A stretch of 64,000 nt of DNA from an uncultured bacterium (GTDB lineage: Bacteria; Babelota; Babeliae; Babelales; Babelaceae): positions 768,001 to 832,000 of the forward strand of contig CAVRKK010000002.1 of assembly GCA_963722385.1 (NCBI GenBank). The letters run 5' to 3'. The notes beneath the pieces were generated by a model, which did no database searches, was not told where the DNA came from, and worked only from the letters and a program-made list of their open reading frames with translations. The translations under genes and the position numbers were made by a program. Position 1 is the first letter of the stretch, and the number at the start of each line of letters is the position of its first letter. Of this stretch, positions 9,624 to 19,592 are shown piece by piece.

Positions 9624-11197
9624 GATGCTCCACCCAAACTTTTAGCAAGAATTAGTTTAGCTGAAAATGTAAGCTCTTGTAAGCGAGACACGCTCGTAAA
9701 GAGCTTTGATCGCCTTAGGTCTTCTTCCAGCTGCTTGAGGGCTTCATAATCCTTTACCTTACCTTCGAGATTTAGCGAGTCTTCGGTGAGCGTTAATCTC
9801 GTCAATACAAGCCCCAGCCCATCAGCATCGATACGCGTACTCAATTCTTGGAGGTACATCAAAAAAGATGCTCTGTTCTGCGTCGATAGTGCAAACCAAA
9901 TATTCTTTTCGCGCGCTACTTCGGCCCGCGATGCCTTTATGGCCATGTCAAGCGACGCGCTCTTGACACGCGGCACAATCGCTGGAAGCTCCTTCTTGAG
10001 CCGATCGACTGCCTCTTTTTCTGATTTTTGAATTTCTTGACGTAACCGCCGCGCATTAAACAGTCCATGCGCTACCAGCGAACAGATCGTGAGCACCATA
10101 AGCGCGATTGCGGTAATAAGCTGGCGGTTCAACAGTGTATCTTGGGCGACAATTTCAGGAGCTCGATAAAGGTTAAAGTCCTGGCTGGCGGGAAGGGCCA
10201 AGCTGGCGCTCGTGCTTATCACCGACTTATTAGGGATGCCGTGGTTTCCCTTAAGCTTAGCAAGATTGTGCTGCACCAAGGCTTGGCCGACGAGCGTATC
10301 GCACGGCAATCCCGTAATCTGTTCAATAAGAGCAGGCAGTCCCTTAACATCTGCTGCGGGCCCCATGAGCAGAATTTTTTGTAATTTTTCATCCTCAGGC
10401 ACGCGAACCGTAAAAGCCTCCAGTGTAAATTGTACGTCGCCTAAAAATGTCGCGGCAGATGCGCTATCATCTGGTGAAAGGGCGCTGTGCATCAGCTGCT
10501 CAAGATTGCCATTCTTAAGCCGAGCAAGCGCGGCAAGACCATGAGGCAAAAATCGAACAGCCTTCAATTGCTGCTGCACAATAACTTCTAAACGACTACT
10601 ATTCGTTCCCACGTAAAACAGAAGGATATTCCCATCCGCAATTTTGGGGTAGAGCGCTTTATAGAGAGCATATAATTCAATGGCATCGACGGTGGCCCTC
10701 GTTGGGAGTAAACCAGCGGCTTCGTAAGGAGCAAATTGCTCAGCAAGTGTTTCATGCTTAATAGCCACTGCCATCACCACCGAATGGTCCGCTTGCATGC
10801 TCGTAGTTATACAGTCTACCGTCGCCTCGCTTAAAGCAAAGGGCAGCAAGGGCTCAATTTCGAATGGTAACACGAGCTTGATTTTTTCAGGACTGGTAAA
10901 CGGCAAGCGTAACTCCTTAAAAATCACCGTGTTGGCCGGCATAACGATCGAAAGCTGACTGTAGCGACCAACTGATGAGAAAGCTTGGGTCAACGCGCTT
11001 GCAGCCCGCTCAGCGTAAGACTTTGTTGCATCATCTTCAAGAGGCACCTCAATAATCTGCTCAATGGTTCTCACCCTGCCCGCTATCTTCGTCGCGGTGA
11101 GCCGGACATGATTCTTCGTGAGCTGGCAAGCAACCAATCGCTGTGCAAAAACGTAATAGTCACCAATCTGGTCAGGTAAAAAAAGGGAGCGGATCAT
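9620..11197 (-). CDS. gspL: T2SS GspL (PilM-like cytoplasmic domain, TM helix, PilN-like domain)
   Basis: LRLPF..KIKLVLPFEIEPLLPF motif, a single TM helix and a periplasmic LNLEG domain, located between secretin genes. Confidence 0.75.
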   Translation of the reverse strand: MIRSLFLPDQIGDYYVFAQRLVACQLTKNHVRLTATKIAGRVRTIEQIIEVPLEDDATKSYAERAASALTQAFSSVGRYSQLSIVMPANTVIFKELRLPFTSPEKIKLVLPFEIEPLLPFALSEATVDCITTSMQADHSVVMAVAIKHETLAEQFAPYEAAGLLPTRATVDAIELYALYKALYPKIADGNILLFYVGTNSSRLEVIVQQQLKAVRFLPHGLAALARLKNGNLEQLMHSALSPDDSASAATFLGDVQFTLEAFTVRVPEDEKLQKILLMGPAADVKGLPALIEQITGLPCDTLVGQALVQHNLAKLKGNHGIPNKSVISTSASLALPASQDFNLYRAPEIVAQDTLLNRQLITAIALMVLTICSLVAHGLFNARRLRQEIQKSEKEAVDRLKKELPAIVPRVKSASLDMAIKASRAEVAREKNIWFALSTQNRASFLMYLQELSTRIDADGLGLVLTRLTLTEDSLNLEGKVKDYEALKQLEEDLRRSKLFTSVSRLQELTFSAKLILAKSLGGAS

Positions 11198-14169
11198 GGG
11201 CAGACCTCAGGTGTACGTTTTTGGACAAAGTCATACAATTTTTTTGTCCTTATGGCACCAGGTGGCTTGAGGCTTTGGCTACCCTTGATCGGCGATGGCG
11301 GGGGCGGTTGAGCGGGCAAGGCGCACGGGCGATTAATTAAGAAATTTTCGATCGGGTCACGCAATGGCTGCTCAAAAGACTCAGGGGGTGAGCCTATAGC
11401 CATTTCTGGTGGCATCGTCGGCGGCTGGCCTTTCCTACGCCCTCGCAGACGCGGTGGTGGCGGACCCATTGGTCCTGGTGGTAGTTCCGCCATCGGCGGC
11501 ATTCCCTCGCCTTCTGGGGCACGCGCCATTCTGCCGCGCATACGGACTGCAGTCTTTCGCCTTTTCTTGCGCTCTTTTTGATCAGCAGTTGGGTTTGAGT
11601 TAAAGTTTCTCATCAGAGCGCCTATTTGATCAATATCGTCCTCAAAGAACCATCGATGAATAGGGTCCTGCAATTGCTCATCACACATCATGGAATCAAG
11701 CAAGTTTTGGGCACTTGTCATTTGTGAATTGGTAAAGGCTTCTATTCTATTAGAGGCATGAGGGTTAATCACTTCTGCCGAAATCAGAATAAGCAAGCTT
11801 GCTTTTTGGACGGATTTTCGCCTGCTTTTGAAGAACCAGCCAAGGACCGGAATATCGCCAAATATCGGCACCTTAAACTCGCTCTCTGATATAACGTCCT
11901 GCGTCAATCCGCCGAGAGCAAGCACCTGATTGTCTTCTACAATCACCGACGTGGTAATACGCTTATCGTCTCTATTGCCCTGTGATGGGTTATCAGACGG
12001 TACGGCGGTATTGCTGGCGGCAAGAGTGAACGTACTGCTATCAACCGTCACCGTAAGCGTTATCAGGCCATCAGGGCTTATCTGCGGCATGATATCAAGT
12101 GTCAAGCCAGCCTCTAAGTCGCCAAAAGTTGGCACACTCGTATTCGAGCCACCAACGATCGTCGATGTTATAACGTGGCGAACCTCGGTGATCTGTATCT
12201 GAGCATTATACTTATGCGTCGTGACGATGAATGGTTTTGCAACGATCGAAGTATTCAAATAGCTTTGCAGAACTTTAAAGAGGCCCCAAACGCCAAAAGC
12301 ATCGGTGCCCAAGGTCACGAGCGTCGACCCAACGACGTTTGAGCTTGCAAGGTCTACCAGGTTACCCAATAATCGGACAGCGCCGCCCATACCCGGTGGC
12401 TTGGTCGAATCGTTGACCACAATTGACGAATTGGCACCATTGAGTGGCAAGCCAGATGTTTGAAAGTTAACATCCGGGCTGAGCGAGCCATCAAGCGTTG
12501 GTTTGCGGTTACGAAGCTGCATGCCAAACTGCCGACTATTGGTCGCATTAACATTAAGAACGAGCACGCGTATAGCAACCTGCGGCTGCTCCGTATCAAC
12601 TTTTTGAAGCAACTCGTAAATTTGCAGGTAATCATCATAGTCAGCATTGATAATTAAGCTATTAGTCGACTTTTCAGCCGTTACCGTTACCGTTGGCTTG
12701 AGGAACTTAGTGCCACCAATAACACCTCCAAATTGGGTTACGCCCGCGGCGCTCTCGGGACTAAAGCCCTTAAGCTCATTAACAATCTGAGCCATTGCCT
12801 CGGCATCGATATATTTAAGCGGGTAGACATGCAATGGGGAGTAGGGCAAATCAATTTCTTTATCAATCTCTTTACGCACAAAGAGCTCTATTTTTTCAAC
12901 ATTACTTCGCGGCCCGAGAAGTATCAGCGAATTAGTACGTGCATCGGCAATAACACGCACGTTTTCGGTAAAGTAAGCAACCGTCGATTGCTTTCTGCCC
13001 CCCGGGCTTAAACGTGCCAGGAGCGACGTTTCCTCTTTTACGAGCGCATCATAGAGCGCTTTTACCTTAGTTGCATCGGCATTTTCCAATTTGATGATAA
13101 CGAGCGTCTCGGGCAACGTTGGCTTGTCGAGCTCCTTAAGAATAGCCAGGATTGACCGGATATTGCTCGAGCGGTCAGCCAAAATAAGCGCATTGAGATC
13201 TTCGATAAGAATTGGCTGCCCCGCGATGGCACTCTTTAAATTGTCAGCAACATTTTTAATAACAGCAGGCGTCGTATTTTGAATAAAGTACACATAACGA
13301 ATTTTAACATCATTTGTTGGCAAGAGATTATAATCGATGCCGATAAACGTAGGCACCGGGTCCTTGCTCGTACTGAATGTTGAAGCGCGTGCGTTATTGG
13401 TGATAAGATATGCCCGCTCTTCAGGCCCTGGAATAATCATCAAGCCCGCGAGATCAAGAAACTTAACAAAGAAGTTCCATGCTTGTTTCTTATTAAGCGC
13501 AGCCTCAGTCCTAAAAGAAAATTTAACTCCGGTAACCAAGCGCGCACCGGGTTCAGGTGGCTTAATAATATCATCGAGTATAAACGTAAGCTCGTACTGC
13601 TTTTCAAAATAACGAATGAGGTTGATCAGCTCGGCATTTTCAAAATTTATATCAATCTTTTTTTCACCCTTGACATACTCCCATGGGTTAAGAAACTGGC
13701 CCAGGTACGCGTAATTGGCAAGCGGTGTTTCAGCTCGTTCTTCTTCTTGTTCTTCGATTTCCGTTTCAGCTTCTTCGTTGATTTTTTCTTCGAGATCACG
13801 CATCACTTTTTCAGCTTCCTCAATTCCCGTCATCGGTTCGCTCAATATGACCGGCGCGTGCTTTTCTTCCTCCTTAAAGTCAAAGGTAACTGATAAAGCA
13901 GGCAGTGGGGGCACGATGGTATTCAGTCTTTCATGAAGCTGTTGCAATAATCCCTCTTTGCTGGCAATCTCTTCTTTCAGCTTTTCAAGAAATGCCATAT
14001 TTTTGCTTTTAACCCAGCTTCTTACTTCAGGGGCGGTTGCGGCCCTAAAGATCTCGTGATCAACGCCTTCCTGAATTTCCAATGCACGGGTATCGGCAAA
14101 GCCGATCACACTGATGACCATCAATAAAAGGTACCAATTTTTACCTAAGCTATTCATTGCAATTCGCAT
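11194..14169 (-). CDS. gspD: Type II secretion secretin GspD-like, copy 1, with an N-terminal coiled coil and a Pro/Met-rich C-tail (alternative start 14157)
   Basis: IDINFENAEL N0 domain, IADARTNSLIL repeats, QVAIRVLV, LALGGL and KVPIFGDIPVLGWFF secretin motifs. Confidence 0.85.
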   Translation of the reverse strand: MRIAMNSLGKNWYLLLMVISVIGFADTRALEIQEGVDHEIFRAATAPEVRSWVKSKNMAFLEKLKEEIASKEGLLQQLHERLNTIVPPLPALSVTFDFKEEEKHAPVILSEPMTGIEEAEKVMRDLEEKINEEAETEIEEQEEERAETPLANYAYLGQFLNPWEYVKGEKKIDINFENAELINLIRYFEKQYELTFILDDIIKPPEPGARLVTGVKFSFRTEAALNKKQAWNFFVKFLDLAGLMIIPGPEERAYLITNNARASTFSTSKDPVPTFIGIDYNLLPTNDVKIRYVYFIQNTTPAVIKNVADNLKSAIAGQPILIEDLNALILADRSSNIRSILAILKELDKPTLPETLVIIKLENADATKVKALYDALVKEETSLLARLSPGGRKQSTVAYFTENVRVIADARTNSLILLGPRSNVEKIELFVRKEIDKEIDLPYSPLHVYPLKYIDAEAMAQIVNELKGFSPESAAGVTQFGGVIGGTKFLKPTVTVTAEKSTNSLIINADYDDYLQIYELLQKVDTEQPQVAIRVLVLNVNATNSRQFGMQLRNRKPTLDGSLSPDVNFQTSGLPLNGANSSIVVNDSTKPPGMGGAVRLLGNLVDLASSNVVGSTLVTLGTDAFGVWGLFKVLQSYLNTSIVAKPFIVTTHKYNAQIQITEVRHVITSTIVGGSNTSVPTFGDLEAGLTLDIMPQISPDGLITLTVTVDSSTFTLAASNTAVPSDNPSQGNRDDKRITTSVIVEDNQVLALGGLTQDVISESEFKVPIFGDIPVLGWFFKSRRKSVQKASLLILISAEVINPHASNRIEAFTNSQMTSAQNLLDSMMCDEQLQDPIHRWFFEDDIDQIGALMRNFNSNPTADQKERKKRRKTAVRMRGRMARAPEGEGMPPMAELPPGPMGPPPPRLRGRRKGQPPTMPPEMAIGSPPESFEQPLRDPIENFLINRPCALPAQPPPPSPIKGSQSLKPPGAIRTKKLYDFVQKRTPEVCP

Positions 14170-15251
14170 TACTTCTGGGGTATTCGCTGTAGTAGTGCCT
14201 CATGGCTTCCAAATTTTCTCATAGCTGCTTGATCTCTTTTTTGTATTTCATATGCTGCTGGTGGTAGATGGGCAAGCGAGCTTGCTTCCATCGCTCTGGG
14301 TAGCTCGCTTTGCAAGCTGAGTGGTTTTGCTGAACTTATGTGCTGCAGTATCACCACGAGCTCATGTACTTTTTCTTGCCGCAGCAGCCGTACTCGTATT
14401 GTTTGGCCCAAGGTAGCATTCTTCAATGACTGGTAAGCGGTTACGCGCTCCTGGGTTGTCGCAAGCGGCATGTTATTAACGTGAGTTACTATATCGCCGG
14501 TCTGCAAGCCGAGTGCGTAGCCCAGTGATTGGTCAGGCATTCGACCAATATGGCAGCCAATGCTTACATCGCGCTCAAATGCTGTCGTCATATCAAGCAT
14601 ATCGACAAATTGCGCTACGCTGGTTATTTTGCTTTTCAGTATATCTGGATCAATGGCATACGACCAGTCGGTAATTTTTTGCACGGTTTTCTCCCATGAC
14701 GTATCATGCGCAAAAACTGGGTCTTCTGATGCGTCCTGCGCCGTCAAGAAGAGCGTTTCTTGCTGGCCATTAGAGCGTATAAAGATGACTTTATCGCGCT
14801 CAATTCTAATAATTTCGGCGTCTTCTAGTATACCACCAACTGCATAAATCTCTTCTTTTTTAGTTTTTTCATCGGCAATAATTGCTCTATTGTCTTGCTC
14901 ATCACTGCTCGTGATTATACCTTTCAAGCTTATTTTGAGCGGCTCGAGAAATTCTATGCGCGGCTGGGGCAGCGGCATCGGCATCAGCGGGATAGGCGGA
15001 GGCGGCGGCACGACGTTCACTTTTTCTGGTTCGATTGGTTTAAGTGGCGGCTTATAGGTATTAAAGAGGTCATTATTGTAGATACGGCTTAAGTCGATGG
15101 GGAAAAAGGGTTTTTTGGCAGGCGCAACAGCGGCGCTCGGTGTAAGCGATTTACGAGCTGGAGGCGCTTTTCTGGTAAAAAAAATAACACATAAAACGAG
15201 GAGCCAAAGGAGCGCTAGGCTCGAAGTGAGCACCCAGAGTGGATTTCTCAT
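14169..15251 (-). CDS. gspC: T2SS GspC (TM helix, HR domain, PDZ domain)
   Basis: TM helix, poly-Pro linker, LKGII..RAIIAD..EEIYAVG HR domain and GLQTGDIVTHVN PDZ motif. ATG at 15251 follows AAGGAG. Confidence 0.85.
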   Translation of the reverse strand: MRNPLWVLTSSLALLWLLVLCVIFFTRKAPPARKSLTPSAAVAPAKKPFFPIDLSRIYNNDLFNTYKPPLKPIEPEKVNVVPPPPPIPLMPMPLPQPRIEFLEPLKISLKGIITSSDEQDNRAIIADEKTKKEEIYAVGGILEDAEIIRIERDKVIFIRSNGQQETLFLTAQDASEDPVFAHDTSWEKTVQKITDWSYAIDPDILKSKITSVAQFVDMLDMTTAFERDVSIGCHIGRMPDQSLGYALGLQTGDIVTHVNNMPLATTQERVTAYQSLKNATLGQTIRVRLLRQEKVHELVVILQHISSAKPLSLQSELPRAMEASSLAHLPPAAYEIQKRDQAAMRKFGSHEALLQRIPQK

Positions 15252-15424
15252 ACTCTCCTTTGTTTGAGCTCTGCATACCAATGCAACAAGACAATACTCT
15301 CGTTGAATAACAAATTTGTCAAGATACATCTCCACTTTCTAAAGCTATCACAGTATAGCCGAGCAACGCCTTCTTTAAAAGAGGCAATTTTTGAGGGGGA
15401 GGCCTCCGCGGTTTCGCCAAGACT

Positions 15425-15588
15425 CACCTACGCAGTGGGCGCGACTCCGCGTCGAGCGGCAGGGCGGCGGCCCTGCACCCACACCAATATATACGAGCGC
15501 AATGCTCATTTTCGCTGTCATGAATGCCGTAACCATGCGGAGCGCATGATTTTACGGCAAACGCAATTTTCCTGACGGAAAATAGATT
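15425..15588 (-). repeat. Dispersed ~165 bp intergenic repeat, copy B
   Basis: Reverse-complement match to 1700-1864, with a divergent middle segment. Confidence 0.85.
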
Positions 15589-15690
15589 TTTATCATGGAG
15601 CGTAGCGAACATGATAATGGCGTAAGTTATCGTACGCTTTTGCGTACGATAACTACTCACCAAGCTTATAAGCATTAAGCATAACGCATC

Positions 15691-15734
15691 GGGATTGTTA
15701 AGGGACGCTGTCCCTTAACCGCTAGCCGCGCAGG
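15691..15734 (+). repeat. REP-like hairpin unit of the same family
   Basis: GTTAAGGGAC/GTCCCTTAAC stem followed by CCGCTAGCCGCGCAGG, similar to CCGCTCGACGCGCAGG (reverse complement of 1378-1393). Confidence 0.6.
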
Positions 15735-15753
15735 CGATTCTATTCGCTACTTG

Positions 15754-16497
15754 CTATAACACTGAAATTGGTCCCGTGGGCAAACCGCGAACAAACTGAT
15801 AGATATACGGATTATGGGACTGCCACAGCGAATGCGCAGGGCCGAAGAACTTAATCGTCCCCTCGTGTAAAAGCGCAACGTTATCCACGTACTTGAAAAT
15901 TTCGGTGTCATGCGATATTACCAACGAGGTAACCCCCAAATTTTTCTGCATCGCATACATAAGCTCATGGACAATACGCGTGTTGATGGGATCAAGCCCG
16001 GTTGTTGGCTCATCGTAAAGAATTACCTTAGGGTTAAGCATGAGTGTTCGCGCGATCCCGACACGCTTGCGCATGCCACCTGATAACTCCGAAGGGTACT
16101 TATGCAAAATGTCAGGGGCCAAATTGACAAGCGCCAGCTTTTCTTGAACAAGTGGAATTACCTCTTCGAAAGGCGCGCCATTCTCACTTAAGGGCAACGC
16201 AACGTTTTCAGCAATCGTGAGCGAGTCCAAGAGCGCAGCAAATTGAAAAACATAGCCGCATTTTCTAAAAATTTGTTGCAACTCTTTGCCTTTAAGCTGG
16301 GTCACCTTGACGCCATCAATAATGATATCTCCCGAGGTCGGCTTGATAAGGCCCACGATTTGCTTGAGCAATACTGATTTTCCCTCACCGGACCTACCAA
16401 TAATACAGGTCATTTGACCAGCCGGTATGGTCAAGTTAACGCCAGCAGTAACCCAACGATCAGCAAATTTTTTTTTAAGATCAATGATCTGTATCAT
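15754..16497 (-). CDS. mlaF: ABC transporter ATP-binding protein, MlaF/Mkl type
   Basis: Walker A GRSGEGKS, signature LSGGMRKRV and YDEPTTGLDP. Overlaps mlaE. Confidence 0.9.
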   Translation of the reverse strand: MIQIIDLKKKFADRWVTAGVNLTIPAGQMTCIIGRSGEGKSVLLKQIVGLIKPTSGDIIIDGVKVTQLKGKELQQIFRKCGYVFQFAALLDSLTIAENVALPLSENGAPFEEVIPLVQEKLALVNLAPDILHKYPSELSGGMRKRVGIARTLMLNPKVILYDEPTTGLDPINTRIVHELMYAMQKNLGVTSLVISHDTEIFKYVDNVALLHEGTIKFFGPAHSLWQSHNPYIYQFVRGLPTGPISVL

Positions 16498-17279
16498 CCA
16501 AGGCCTGTTTGCAAAAGAAATGAGCTTAAAAGATAATTAGTAACTAAGATAAGAACTGAAGCTACGACCACGCTACGCGTGGTTGCACTTCCTACGGCGC
16601 GCTCCCCACTGGCATGATAGCCATAATAAGAGCCAACCCATGAAATAATAAGCCCAAAAACGCCCGCTTTAATAAGCCCAACGGCCAAATCAGCGGGCTC
16701 AACAAAATTACGTATGCTCGCAAAATAGATTTCAGGATTAAGTGCTAAAAGATAGGTGCAAAACACAAAACCACTTGCTATCCCGAACAACATGGAAAAG
16801 AGAGCAAGACAAGGCGTCACCATAATACCAGCAATAAGGCGCGGTATAATCAAATATTGATAAGGGTCGATACAGAGGGTCCTCAATGCATCAATTTGCT
16901 CGGTCGTATTCATCATAGCCAACTCGGCTGCCATGGCTGACCCTGCACGGGCTGTTATCATCAGCGCTGCCAATACGGGTCCAAGGTCACGCGTCATAGC
17001 CATCGCTACCACGCCGCCAATAAAACTTTCCGCGCCAAAGCGGCTAAAGCCAACATAAGCTTGTAAAGCAAGCGCTAGTCCCGTGAACGAACCAGTTAAT
17101 ATAATGATAAGAGAAGATTCAACACCAAGCCGCATTATCTGGATCCGCACCAGTTTCATCTTCAGAGGCATGGTGCAAAGAACCTTAATCGCTCGCGCCA
17201 AAAACTGAGTAAAATCACCAATTAAAGAGCATACTTTGAGCGTGTACAAGCCAAGCTTACTAATGAGCTCGAGCGCCAT
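16494..17279 (-). CDS. mlaE: MlaE family ABC permease
   Basis: RDLGPVLAAL..GSAMAAELA.M..TEQIDAL..L.IDP and VGSATTRSVV motifs. Confidence 0.9.
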   Translation of the reverse strand: MALELISKLGLYTLKVCSLIGDFTQFLARAIKVLCTMPLKMKLVRIQIMRLGVESSLIIILTGSFTGLALALQAYVGFSRFGAESFIGGVVAMAMTRDLGPVLAALMITARAGSAMAAELAMMNTTEQIDALRTLCIDPYQYLIIPRLIAGIMVTPCLALFSMLFGIASGFVFCTYLLALNPEIYFASIRNFVEPADLAVGLIKAGVFGLIISWVGSYYGYHASGERAVGSATTRSVVVASVLILVTNYLLSSFLLQTGLG

Positions 17280-17282
17280 CGT

Positions 17283-17654
17283 TTATGCGGTCGGTTGCGC
17301 AGGCTTTAGAGGAGCAGATTCGGAAGCAGGCGCTGCCGGTGCAGCTTCTTGTGCTGGCGCTTCTTTGACCTCAGATACCGCTTCCTGCTTTTCTTTGATT
17401 TTTATGTAGCGAACATCATGCAAGGTTGATGACTTCATAAGACCGAGCGCAAGCGAACCCCCCATAAAAAGAGCTCCCAAGGCCCAAGTAATTTTCTGAA
17501 AAAGGTCTTGGCCGCCCGAGCCGCCAAAAAGCATCTGGGTGCCACCACCCATCGTCCCAAGCCCCATGCTTCCCTTGCCCTTCTGGACGAGAACAAGCAA
17601 AATAAGGGAAAAGCACACAAAAATAAAAAGCGTTAACAATAAACCATACAGCAT
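17283..17654 (-). CDS. secG: Preprotein translocase subunit SecG
   Basis: Two TM helices, LVLVQKGKG..G..FGG..L.KIT pattern. Confidence 0.92.
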   Translation of the reverse strand: MLYGLLLTLFIFVCFSLILLVLVQKGKGSMGLGTMGGGTQMLFGGSGGQDLFQKITWALGALFMGGSLALGLMKSSTLHDVRYIKIKEKQEAVSEVKEAPAQEAAPAAPASESAPLKPAQPTA

Positions 17655-17818
17655 AATATTCCTCAGTTAATATCTTTATCTCGTAGCTTACTCTTTTTTT
17701 AAGCACTTGGAAAGCTCGCCCGCTCTTTCTCCCCTGAAGAACTTGCGACGTGACCCTTGCTCCTCGGTTACTTGATCGGGTACGGTAATACTATTATAAG
17801 CAAGATCGAAAGGGCCCA

Positions 17819-18838
17819 ATGAAAAAAAATGATCTTTTTGCGGGCATTCCTGAGGCAATCCTCGAAAAGCGCAAGCATATTGCGCAGCCCTCTTTTATTG
17901 AGCCGATGCTGGCGACCTTAACAAAAGACTATTTTTCAAGCAAAGACTGGATCTATGAGCATAAGTTCGATGGCGAGCGCTGCCAAGCCATTAAAAAAAA
18001 TGGCAAAGTCATGCTTATGTCGCGCACGCAAAAGAGCATAAATCTCGAATATCCCGAATTGGTCACGGCGCTTGAGCAACAAAAAGCTGACGATTTTATT
18101 ATCGACGGTGAAATTATCGCGCTTAAGGGTGGCCTCTCAAGCTTTGAACTGCTTCAATCGCGTATAAACTTGCAAGACATCGCTGCTATTGCAAGACGAG
18201 AAAAGCGTATCCCAATAGGCTATGCTATTTTTGATATCATGTACGTCGGTGGTTACGATGTGCGCGATCTCCCTTTATTAGCAAGAAAACAGTTGTTACA
18301 CAAATTGCTCGATTATAACCAAATCTTGATCTATACCCAGCACCGCTCACCTGACGGCGTAAAATATTTTCAGCAGGCATGTAAATTGCATTGGGAGGGA
18401 CTTATCGCAAAGCGCTCAGGAAGCACCTACGTGAGCATACGCTCACGCGACTGGCTTAAGTTTAAGTGCATCATGAAACAAGAGTTTGTCGTTGCAGGGT
18501 ATACCGATCCAAAGGGATCACGCACTGATTTTGGCGCTCTCCTCGTCGGCTACTATGAAGGAAAAAAGCTGCTTTATGCCGGCAAAGTGGGGACTGGATT
18601 TGATCATATAGCTTTAGAGCTTTTAGGGAAAAAGTTACGCGCATTACAAACCAAGATTTGCCCATTTGATAACTATACACTTTCAACCGCCGGTGTTCAT
18701 TGGGTTAAACCCCAGCTTGTAATCGAAGTACAGTTTGCTCAGTGGACCAACGCGAGCAGGCTACGCGTTCCCCGTTACAAAGGCTTACGCGACGATAAAG
18801 CCGCTCGCGATGTGGTGAAAGAAGTGCCAACTGGTTAA
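17819..18838 (+). CDS. ligD: ATP-dependent DNA ligase (LigD ligase domain only)
   Basis: PMLA, EHKFDGER (KxDG), IDGEI, EGLIAK, WLKFK and YAGKVGTGF motifs, plus an OB domain. Confidence 0.9.
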   Translation: MKKNDLFAGIPEAILEKRKHIAQPSFIEPMLATLTKDYFSSKDWIYEHKFDGERCQAIKKNGKVMLMSRTQKSINLEYPELVTALEQQKADDFIIDGEIIALKGGLSSFELLQSRINLQDIAAIARREKRIPIGYAIFDIMYVGGYDVRDLPLLARKQLLHKLLDYNQILIYTQHRSPDGVKYFQQACKLHWEGLIAKRSGSTYVSIRSRDWLKFKCIMKQEFVVAGYTDPKGSRTDFGALLVGYYEGKKLLYAGKVGTGFDHIALELLGKKLRALQTKICPFDNYTLSTAGVHWVKPQLVIEVQFAQWTNASRLRVPRYKGLRDDKAARDVVKEVPTG

Positions 18839-18965
18839 TTCTCGCGGCGGCGTAAGCCCGGGTATCTCTTCGCCTATGTCTAGCTACCATATGCGGCGAT
18901 TTCCTCAAAAATATCTTGTGCATCGTATTTAATAAACAAGAAGCGATTGCTTGAGAGAGCATCCA

Positions 18966-19592
18966 CTAGAATTCTACGTGTGGCAACTCATTACGCGCGC
19001 AATGCGCCATGAGCTTTTCCATGCGCTGAAGAAACAGCTTAAATTTCCGATAATCGTTACCGGATATTACCGATAACATACTCACAAAATTCTCAAGATA
19101 CGCGGGCGTCAAAAGATGATCGTTGCCAAGCTGCTTAAGCATGGCGAGCAGCAATTCATCGAGGGAAAACAACCCTTGGGTATTACACAGCAAGTGCACA
19201 TAAAAGGGCTCCGCAAAAAAATCGCGCATCTCACGACTCGTTGCCTGGCGGACAAAAGCATGAATTTTGGGCGGGAATGAAGGCAACTGGTAGTAGAGTA
19301 CATCCTGTTCCTGATACCCTAAGGTGACACATGAGATATGTGTCTGCAAAAGAGCAAAAATTTGCGGCTGCTCCTTCTTAAGCTCTTCGTGCGTTTTTTG
19401 GTAGGGAAATGGATAGCGACCCTGATCAATCGAGCCCGTCTGCACATGCGCTACCACCCCAAAGAGCGTCGACTGTCCTTCATTAATCACCAGCAAAGAT
19501 CCAAAGGGCGGCATAACATCCCATTGCCAGCAATGGACTTTCCAGCCCGACAAAGAACTTTCAACAATTTCACCAAATACGTGCTTGGTCAT
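18966..19592 (-). CDS. Stand-alone HAS-barrel-type protein (family associated with HerA/NurA)
   Basis: PPFGSLL..FGVV..VQTGSID..EEL..EQPQIF.LL and LP..PPKIHAFV patterns recognised by eye. Confidence 0.6.
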   Translation of the reverse strand: MTKHVFGEIVESSLSGWKVHCWQWDVMPPFGSLLVINEGQSTLFGVVAHVQTGSIDQGRYPFPYQKTHEELKKEQPQIFALLQTHISCVTLGYQEQDVLYYQLPSFPPKIHAFVRQATSREMRDFFAEPFYVHLLCNTQGLFSLDELLLAMLKQLGNDHLLTPAYLENFVSMLSVISGNDYRKFKLFLQRMEKLMAHCARNELPHVEF

